Source: Octopus vulgaris
Lineage: Eukaryota
Assembly: GCA_951406725.2 (NCBI GenBank)
Contig: OX597833.1
Location: 19,158,001 to 19,222,000 of the forward strand
Direction: 5' to 3'
DNA length: 64,000 nt
Made by a program: the position numbers and the translations under genes. The notes under the pieces were generated by a model. It was not told where the DNA came from. It saw nothing but the letters and a program-made list of their open reading frames with translations, and did no database searches. Shown here piece after piece: positions 38,801 through 50,131 of the stretch (within the stretch, counting starts at the first letter, position 1; each line of letters opens with the position of its first letter).

Positions 38801-41800
38801 GAGTCAAAACGATTCGTTGGGGTGAGGTTCTCTGAGTGAAAGTCAAGACACGTCCGTCCGCTAGCGCCGCTTATGCCAGAAAGGAAGAAGGATTTAGCGG
38901 TCAGTGTTTTTTGGTTTCACTTCCTGCACATGCGCATGAGGGAAACTTCCGGTGGCCAACCGGAAGTAACCCAATTCTGTGCATGTGCGCTGAACCTTAC
39001 ACAGTAGTGTCACTACAAGTATAATACGTCTTGGACTTTTAGGAAAACATAAGAATCCTGGGGTTGATTTGTTTGACAAAAACCCTTCAATGACTGAAAC
39101 AAGTGAAAAGATGCTGCATGGTAGGTAACAACACATCATCCTTAAATGCTGAGGATTTGTGATGACCAGGAAGAAATGAAACAAGCATGCTTTGCTGAAT
39201 AAGTAATGATAACCTTATCATGCCATGTTATCGCAATAGCAGGAATAACTTTTTAAAATCTCCACAAGATTCCTGTTAACCCTTTCACTACTGTATTTAT
39301 TTTGAGATGCTCTGTTTTTATTTCAATTACTTTAAATACAACAAATGGAGAAGTTCTTAAGCAGATCAGGCCGAAAATATCGCTAGAAGCTAGGATCACC
39401 AAGCATAGATTGGCATCTTTCGGTCATATTATGAGGAGAAAATCCCTGGAGAAGGACATCATGCTCGGAATGGTAAGTGGCAGGAGAGGAAGAGGCCGAC
39501 CAAGAACCCACTGGCTTGACACCATCAAGAGTGATACCGGAATGGACATAGCCAATCTGAAAGAAGCGGCCCAGGATAGAACTGACTGGAGGACACTGAT
39601 CCAATGAGTAACCGAGAGTTGACTTCGACTGAGCGGATAGATAGATAGACAACAAAAAATTTGGTAAAATAATTTAGTCATCATTAAGCTAGTGTTAGGA
39701 ACATAAATTGTGACTAAGGTTTGGCGGAAGATTTTAATTCAAAACTTGTAAAAACAAAACATTTGTACTCAGAACCAGAGCCAGTTTCAGCCAGGTTGGG
39801 AACGAAAGTGTTAAAGCTGTAATGAACAATGCACATAGAAATAGAAGACAAAATACTAAAATTAGACAACTGATCATGTGGCAGCTTTGCAGTCAAATAT
39901 GTTGTTTATGGTTCATTGTTAATGGTGTTCTCATAATTATTGTTTATTTTTGGTTTTAATTGAGGGGGAAAAATGATTTTGTGATGAAATTGAGCATGTG
40001 GTGAGTATAGCACTTTGTCTTGTAAACATGGCAAGGCCGAGACTTTTTGCAGTTAAGGAAATTATTGATGATATTAGGATTGCTGGAAAATACAGTTATT
40101 CTGTGGATGAAGAGTTTAACCTTACTCAGACAATGAAAGTGATTTGGGCAATCAAACTGGCAAAAGTAATGAGGAAAGCAGTGATTCACATGAACAGATA
40201 TGGTAGTTGAAAGATAGGCATATTATTGTTATTCTCCTGAATCTGTTATAAACGAATTCAGTGGTTGAGAGAAAGGCTTATTATTATTATTATTATTATT
40301 CTCCCAATTATATTGTGATTCCGTCCATTAGTTTGCCTTGTATAAAAAGCACCATCCGATTGTGGACGTTGCCAGCCTCATCTTGCCGCCGTGCCGGTGG
40401 CACGTAAAAAGCACCATCCGATCTTGGCCGTTTGCCAGCCTCGTCTTGCACCTGTGTCGGTGGCACATAAAAAGCACCCACTACACTCACGGAGTGGTTG
40501 GCATTAGGAAGGGCATCCAGCTGTAGAAGCACTGCCAGTTCAGACTGGGCCTGGCGCAGCCTTCTGGCTTCCCAGATCCCCAGTTGAACCGTCCAACCCA
40601 TGCTAGCATGGAAAACAGACGTTAAACGATGATGATGATATGAAACTATTTATTTTCTTTTGCTCAGGAGTCCAGGTGGAGGGTAAAGTTAGACACAGGG
40701 GCCCCAAGTCTGAGAGAGTTAATGTGTATGAGCAATGGAATACTAATGAGTTGAGAGAAAACTGGTTATAGAACATGGCCGAGCTGAAGTTGTCTAATTA
40801 AAATTTAGACACCTCATGAAATAAATGTAGCCCTTTAGCATTTAAACTAGCCATGTCTGGTCTATATATTCTACTAATTTTTGTGTTCATTTGGCCAGAT
40901 CCAGCTTCTTACACCTATCCTACAATGCAGTTCTCAAAAAAAACAATCATACCATTGAAATCCTAAAGCTGAGATAATAACATGATTAATTGAAAACAAT
41001 TGAGTCAAGTACAACAACATCAAAAATCAATGGAAACTGCAGTTGTGATCCCTGTGCTGGTGGCACATAAAAAGCACCATCCGAATGTGGCCGATGCCAG
41101 CGCCGCCTAGACTGGCTTCCGTGCCGGTGGCACATAAAAAGCACCATCCGAACGTGGCAATGCCAGTGCCGCCTTGACAGGCTTCCGTGCCAGTGGCATG
41201 TAAAAAGCACCAATCTGATCGTGGCCGTTGCCAGACTCGTCTGGCACCTGTGTCAGTGGCACATAAAAAGCACCCACTACACTCATGGAGTGGTTGGCGT
41301 TAGGAAGGGCATCCAGCTGTAGAAACACTGCCAGATCAGACTGGGCCTGGTGCAGCCTTCTGGCTTCCCAGATCCCCGGTCGAACTGTCCAACCCATGCT
41401 AGCATGGAGAATGGACGTTAAACGATGATGATGATGATGAATGTGAATACATAAGCATTGCTTTTGGCAGATTAATCTGAATGCTAAAAGCTTAAAGTGT
41501 ATTTCACAGCTTGCCTTTTGTTGACGAATGTCACATTTGAAACTATTTGTTGAGGCAAGTGTGACTTGGAGAAAATGACAGTGAAGACTTTTTTTTTTAA
41601 GATTCTGTCTAATCTATTTCTAAGAATAAATGCGTTTTTTTAAAGAAAAATCCCTTGTGATGTTTGTTTCATCAAGTCACACAGACAATCCCTTGTTAGA
41701 AAAAAATGTAGGAACCAGTGACTGACCTGTCAAGAACCTGTAACCAATGATGTTGTTCACAAAGTGCAATGTGCAACTATTAATTCACGTGTGTATGTGA

Positions 41801-41996
41801 GTATATATATGTGTGTGTGTGTGTGTGTGCAGAAGTGGCTGTGTGGTAAGTAGCTTGCTTACCAACCACATAGTTCTGGATTCAGTCCCACTGTGTGGCA
41901 CCTTGGGCAAGTGTCTACTACTATAGTCTCAGGCCGACCAAAGCCTTGTGAGTGGATTTGGTAGGTGGAAACTGAAAGAAACCCATCGTATATATA

Positions 41997-42057
<61 letters not shown>

Positions 42058-45000
42058 TGTGTATCTGTGTTTGTCCCCCCCCCAACATCGCTTGATAACT
42101 GATGCTGGTGTGTTTAGGTCCCCGTAACTTAGCGGTTCAGCAAAAGACACTGATAGAATAAGTACTAGGCTTGCAAAGAATTAGTCCTGGGGTTGATTTG
42201 ATTCGACTAAAGGCGGTGCTCCAGCATGGCCACAGTCAAATGACTGAAACAAGTAAAAGAATTATACATATATATATATATGTGTGTGTGTGTATGTATC
42301 TCTTATTATAAAAGGCAGATTTTATCTGCCTCCCTTTGTCAGTTATAGAAATCTACAATATAGGATTTCTTCAATTACAATTTACCTAGCATTTTTAAGA
42401 GTAGAATGCATCGGGTTTTGCCAGGTCCAGTTTTTAAAATTTAAACTCCAATTAAGCAAAATTTACAGAAAACTCACATTCTGGTGTGTATGTCAAATGC
42501 TTTTCTTAGTCTGGTTTACAGCACACGCAAACGCACACACACAGTGTGCAACGAATAAAGTGAAACTAGATGTAATATTTGTTTCTGTCTATCACGCTGA
42601 TAGATACATGAGTAAAATGTATGGCAAGCTAACAGATAAGAGTGAGTGAAAATGTTCTTGGAAGAGAGTAAATAGCGAGTGATTTGAGGAAGACTAGACT
42701 GAAAGTATGAAACAGTGTTTATGTATAAACAGACGACACTTATATAAACCCTTTCATTACCAAACTGCCCGAATTTACCTATTCATATTTAAATGAGAAT
42801 ATCAGAGTAAATCTCTTTAGTACATTCGTGAAAACACGTATTATACTTCGTAAACACTTCAAATACAGTTTTGTACAAAAATCGAAGTGTAATTTTAATT
42901 CCGTGAATTATGGGAGATTTTTTTCCGAAATTTGTTCCTATTGTGTTTTCAAAATTTGTAATTCTGACAAAAAATGGATACGAATTTCATTATATCAAGC
43001 AGCGAGTCAGAATTCGAAGGATTTTCTACTGAAGACCTTCATAAATCTAACTCTATGATTGAAAAAAAAAAGCATCTTTATATAAGAGTGAAGTTGTGTG
43101 TCTGTCTCCTACGATTTAGATCCGTTACTACTCCCACATTTTGCGGTGCAGTTTAACCAAAAGCGGGTATCTTATAGTCGTGATTCATATCGAGCCCTTC
43201 TGGGTATTAGCGCGCGTCTACGATGTGTCTACGATTTAAAAAAATTTACCATCATATTTTTCCATTTTAATGCATTTTTTCGCTTTTATATAAGGGAAGT
43301 AACTCTCTAAAAATATCTACGATGTGTCAACGATTTAAAAAAAAAATTTACCTTAATTTTTTTCAATTTTTAATGCATTTTTTTGCTATTTTTTGGCTAT
43401 AACTCTCTAAAAATGCTTATATAGTTATTTCCCTTACAACCCGAGCAACGCCGGGCGATACTGCTAGTCACTTTATATTTTTAGTGGCTTTAGAGGTTTT
43501 TATGTTGCAAATTTATTGATAATGAAGTGGGCAATTGTACAGTTAGAGGGTCAATTTAAATTGTTGGTGATTTGATAACAAAATATGTGAAAGCTGTATT
43601 ATTTTAAGGAAGTGAGATACAACAGGCTGGGGTTTGTGAATTATGAGACATGGGAGAGATGAAAGTGAATTTTTTCTCATTGTTTTTCCTCATTTCCACC
43701 TTGTTATCCCTCTTTTATTCTACGTTTCTTCCTGTTACTCTCTCCCACTTTCTGTATCATTCCTTCCTCTCTAAACTTTTCTTTTTCTTTTTAATATTTA
43801 CAGTAAGCATCAAAAGGGAAGTCCCTGCAAAACCATCCAGTCCACATAAATCGAATGTGATCCCATCACGTGGCGTTGTTGACCAGCTAGCTATTGTCAC
43901 ACTGGAGGCCGAAAAGGCAAAACTTCACCGCAAATTAGAGACTCTACAGCAGAAGCTTCTAAATTCATTGAAGAATAATGAAGACCTGAAGAAGGAATTA
44001 TCAGTTCACAAGTAAGTCTATGCTCTGTCTTCACTTATATCAGCAGTTTTATTCTTTTATTCTTTTCTTTTACTTGTTTCAGTCATTTGACTGCGGCCAT
44101 GCTGGAGCACCGCCTTTAGTCGAGCAAATCGACCCCGGGACTTATTCTTTGTAAGCCCAGTACTTATTCTATCGGTCTCTTTTGCCGAACCGCTAAGTGA
44201 CGGGGACGTAAACACACCAGCATCGGTTGTCAAGCAATGCTAGGGGGACAAACACATACACACACACTTATATATATATACATATATACGACAGGCTTCT
44301 TTCAGTTTCCGTCTACCAAATCCACTCACAAGGCATTGGTCGGCTTGGGGCTATAGCAGAAGACACTTGCCCAAGATGCCAAGCAGTGGGACTGAACCCG
44401 GAACCATGTGGTTGGTTAGCAAGCTACTTACCACACAGCCACTCCTTTTTTTTACTTGTAACTCAATTTAGAGTAAAAGAAAATGTATTTTAGTACTTTT
44501 GCACATGAAGTTAAATGACGGTGTGGCTGTAAAGGTGTAGGCATGGCTGTGTGGTAAAAAGTTTGCTTCCCAACCACATGGTCCTGGGTTCAATCCCACT
44601 GTGTAGCATCTTGGGTAAGTGTCTTTTGCTATAGCTCCAGGCGAAACCAAAGCCTTGTGAATGGATTTGGTAGATAGAAACAGAAAGAAGCCGGTCTTGT
44701 TGTCTGTTTGTCCTCCCCACCACCACTCAACACCCAGTATTGGTTTGTTTACATCCCCATAAGCTAGCAGTTTGGCATAAGAGACTGATAGAATAAAAGT
44801 ATCAGGTTTAAAAATACAAGTACTAGAGTTGATTCATTCGACTAAAAGTTCTTCAAGGCAGTGCCCCAGCATGGCCACAGTCCTATGAGTGAAACAAGTA
44901 AAAGATAAAAGAGGATGTATATATTCATCATTATTACCATCATCATCACCACCTTAATCATCATCATCATCGTTTAATGGAGAACGGACGTTAAACGATG

Positions 45001-47046
45001 ATGATGATGATGATTAAGGTGGTGAGCTGGCAGAATCGTTAGTGTTGTATTTTGCCTGTCGCTACGTTCTGAGTTCAAATCCTGCAATGATGATGATGAT
45101 GCATGTGTGCATGAAGACAAATATACATGAACAGCTACATGAAAAATTTTAGCGCAGGAGTGGCTGTGTGGTAAGTAGCTTGTTTACCAACCACATGGTT
45201 CCGGGTTCAGTCCCACTGCGTGGCACCTTGGGCAAGTGTCTTCTACTATAGCCCCGGGCCGACCAAAGCCTTGTGAGTGGATTTGGTTGACGGAAACTGA
45301 AAGAAGCCCGTCGTCACATAAAAAGCACCAACTGACCGTGGCCGATGCCAGACCCCTCTGGCACCTGTGCAGGTGGCACGTAAAAGTACCCACTACACTC
45401 GCGGAGTGGTTGGTGTTAGGAAGGGCATCCAGCTGTAGAAACACTGCCAGACCAGACTGGAGCCTGGGGCAGCCCCTGGCTCCCCAGACCCGGTCGAAAC
45501 CGTACCGTGCTAGCGCGGAAAACGGACGTTAAACGATGATGATGATGATGATGATGATATGTGTGTGTTTGTGTGTCTGTGTTTGTTCCCCTAGCATTGC
45601 TTGACAACTGATGCTGGTGTGTTTATGTCCCCGTTACTTAGCGGTTCGGCAACAGAGACCGATAGAATAAGTATAGGGCTTACAAAAGAATAAGTCCCGG
45701 GGTTGAGTTGCTCGATTAAAGGTGGTGCTCCAGCATGGCCGCAGTCAAATGACTGAAACAAGTAAACGAGTAAAGAGTATGTCTAAGTCATTTCGTTTTA
45801 CAAATAAACAGAACCATGTCCACAGAATTAGCATCCAGGCGACTACTGTTACTTCAGCTAGTAATAGCTCAAGAGATATGGCAATTTGCTGCACCTGACA
45901 AGCCACGTCAAGCTAAGTAAAATTGCTAAGTAAAAAAGTGATGACAAGTGACCGAGACCACGGTGATATGCTGTGCTTGAGAAGACTCATCAAGCCAAGT
46001 GAAACCGTGGTATTGGCCGTTGCTAGTGTCATGTAGGCATGGCTGTGTGGTAAAAAGTTTGCTTCCCAACCACCTTGTCCTGGGTTCAATCCCACTGTGT
46101 AGCATCTTGGGTAAGTGTCTTTTGCTATAGCCCCAGGCGAAACCAAAGCCTTGTGAATGGATTTGGTAGATAGAAACAGAAAGAAGCCGGTCTTGTTGTC
46201 TGTTTGTCCTCCCCACCACCACTCAACACCCAGTATTGGTTTGTTTACATCCCCATAAGTAAACAACCATGTAAGTGTAGTTGTGGCTTTTACCAATGTC
46301 ATATGTTGACCGTCTGCCAGAACAACCATGTAAGTGTAGTTGTGGCTTTTACCAGTGTCATATGGTACCTATGCCAGTGGCATGTAAAATGTACCCATAC
46401 AGGCTTGTCTTTTCAAGTCCATGTGCCACATAAAAAGCACCCATGTCACTGGCACATTAAAAGCACCCAGCACACTGTTAAGAGGTTGGCATTAGGAAGG
46501 GTATCCGGCCGTAGAAACCATGCCAAATCAGACAATTAGTGTCTGCATAGCTCCCAGCTGGCCGGCCAGCTCTGTGTCAGACTGTCCAACCCATGGGTTG
46601 GACAATATACAATGATGATGATGATTGTCATCACCATGGGTTGGATGGTTTGACAGGAGTTGGCACTAGGCTTTACTGTCTGTTTTGACATGGTTTTTAT
46701 GGCTGGATGCCCTTTCTATCTTCCAGAGTGGTCCGGGTGCCTTTTGCATGGCACCAGCACTGGCAAAGTCTGCTTTGGCATGGTTTTTACTACTGGATGC
46801 CCTTACAAATGCTAACCACTTTACAGCATGGACTGAATGCTTTTTATGTGACACCAGCACCAGTGGGGTCACCAAGTAATTTGCAAAACAAAAATCCTTT
46901 GAGAGGGAGGGGTATTGGAAAAGGTGACCAGTAAGGTGATGAGAGGTCAGAGTGCAAGAGAGAGACACAGAAACAGCTGTCTTGCTGGAGAGGTGGTACA
47001 TGGTTACCCTAGCCTAGTCAGAGGGAGTGAAAGAAAGAGACAGAGG

Positions 47047-47102
<56 letters not shown>

Positions 47103-50095
47103 CATACATACATGTATGCCAATATTCAGTTTTATTTCAAGTGTTCTTGCCATTAGAGAAAGAACCAGTTTGTAATCTAGATCCAAGGCGCCTTCTTTGG
47201 AATTTCAGCATCAACAACACAGTATGTTTTGTTAGTTTGTTTGTATGTATGGATGTGTGTATACATACAGATTTGTATGTTTTTTTTATGTATGTTTTAT
47301 ATCCTTGTATATTGGATATATAATATAATGGAGCAGGGGGAAAGAAAGTGTTTACATGATGCACTGCTATCACTATTACATGAGATTCAATGCTTTCAAT
47401 CAGGGCTCACGGTAAACTGCTTACCAACCGAAACTGCTAAATAAATTTAGCCCTTTAGCATTTAAACTAGCCATGTCTGGTCTATATATTCTACTAATTT
47501 TTGTGTTCATTTGGCCAGATCCAGCTTCTTACACCTACCCTACAATGTAGTTCTCAAAAAAAAACAATCATACCATTGAAATCCCAAAGCTGAGATAATA
47601 ACATGATTAATTGAAAACAATTGAGTCAAGTACAACAACATCAACAACATAGTATGTTTTGTTTGTTAGTTTGTTTGATTGTGTGTATACATACAGATTT
47701 GTATGTTTTTTTATGTATGTTTTATATCCTTGTATATTGGATATATAATATAATGGAGCAGGGGAAAGAAAGTGTTTACATGATGCACTGCTATCACTAT
47801 TACATGAGATTCAATGCTTTCAATCAGTGGCTCACGGTAAACTGCACCAATCCGATCGTGGCATTGCCAGCCTCGTCACAGTTCTTTGCTTTATACCAAT
47901 GAGTCGGTCCACCTTTAGTCACTTTGTTGGGTGGTCCGAATCCTCCCCCCTACAGTACGTCTCCTCATGCATCTACTTGCATATCTAGACATGCTTGTAC
48001 ATATACTTAGATGATAAACTGCTAGAACTTACCAGACATGACTTTTGACAGAGTAAGCCCTCTCTCCCTCTCGGAGAGGCACTGAGCACCTACACGCACA
48101 CATACACACATGGCAGTAACTTCCGCCTACCGAATTCAATCAAAAAGCTTCGGTTGGCTCGGGGCTATAGCAGAAGACACCTGCCCAAAGTGCCACGCTG
48201 TGGGACTGAACATGAAACCATGTAGCTAGGGCTAGGGTTGTGAATACTAAAGGGTTGAGAAGCTCTCTTTGCAGCCATATGGTTTTGGGTTCAGTAAAAA
48301 TAAAAGTAAAAAAATCCCTCACTGACAACTGGAAGGGGAAGCTGCCCTCTCAACCAATACACCACTGTGGGCGCTGCTGGATGATGGACTCTTGTGATGA
48401 TATTATTCCATGCTTTCTGATCCCTAAAGACTTTTCCAGATTTTTACATTTCCAGTGATGGTTTGGATCTGTAGTCTTCAAATCAGCCTTCTCCTTTCTG
48501 GTTTTGAGAAGCCTAATTTCTCCAGACAGGTATTTAGGCAGTGTATTACATATCCCAGTGCTCCAATAATTACAGGTATAAACCTGAACTTGTCATTTAG
48601 ATAAATTGCAGATTTCTCAAAAGTTCAACATAGGTATTTTCTTTCTCACTGATCTGTAGCTTTGTTAACATCCATTGGGTAGCTGATTTCCACAACTGTA
48701 CACAGTTTCTCTTCTCTATCCTAAATCATTGTGGAGCCACATGGCCTAGTAGTTAGAGCAGCGGTCGAGGGATCGCGGGTTCGAATCTCAGACCGGGCGA
48801 TGTGTGTGTTTATGAGTGAAACACCTAAGCTCCACGAGGCTCCGGCAGAAAGTAATGGCGAATTTCTGTTGACTCTTTAGCCACAACTTTCTCTCACTCT
48901 TTCCTCTTGCATCTTGTAGCTCACCTGCAACGGACCGGCGTCCCGTCCAGGTGGGGAACCTATACGCCTAGGAAACCGGGAAACCGGCCCTTATGAGCCA
49001 GGCATGGCTCGAGAAGGAACAAACATCCTAAATCATTATATCAAGTCTATTGTTTACATTTTATTGAGGTTTTCACTGGGACATTCCACCAGTACTCCTC
49101 TATATTATGAGTGGCTATGGTGTTTACCATTGTTATTTCTGTGTGTGTGTAGACACATACCAACCACTGATACCAATGCTTCTATATTTGTACTCACTCC
49201 AGTTGAAGAAATACACCTGGATGCAAAGACATGCACAAGATATCTCACAATTCATGTTAATACAAAAATTGTAAAAGTTGACTGACTGTTTTGCTAATTA
49301 ATTAATTACTGTTATCTCTGCTGTTACAGAAATGTTGCCATCACAAAGAAGTTAGCTGTTGTAAATAAGTCGACTGGTACTGAAAGGTGTGAAGCAGCTG
49401 GTAAGTTTTTTAAATCTAAATAATAATAACGAGCACTCAGAGTGCGCAAACCTGTGCCGGGGATGATTTTTAAAATGAGAATATCTGAAATAAACTCAAC
49501 TGTTCTCACAAATGAGAATACTAAAAATGAATCTGACTGCTCTCAAAAATTAAGTAAAAAAACAGAAAATAATCCAAGAGTCCTTGTTCAGTACTGGATT
49601 TATCCCAAAATCTAATCAGTTCGTGCCAGTCACAAGGCCAAACATCTCTGAAAGTTTCATCCGAATCCATCAAGCAGTTCTTGAGATATCTTGTCCATGG
49701 ACAAACAAGCAAACAAACATACATCACTGAAAACAATACCTCTGCCTTCGCTAAGGCAGAAATAACTATTTCAAATTTTTGCCACGAGGGCAGCTTGTGG
49801 GAGGTGGAGATTTGTCGATTACATCCCTTTCTACTATATGCACTAAGCCTGAAATTTTGGAGGAGATGGGCTAATCAATTACATTGACCCCAATGCCTGT
49901 GAAGGGTTGAAATGGCAAAGTTGACCTTGGTGGAGTTTGTATGTTCTGAATTCAAACTCAGCTGAGGTCAGCTTTGCCCTTTGTTGTCCTTGTGGAGTTG
50001 ATAAAATAAGTGTCAGTTAAGTACTGGGGTTAATATAATCGATTACCCTACCCCCAAAATTTCAGGCCTTGTGCCTATATCAGAAAGAAATATTA

Positions 50096-50131
<36 letters not shown>

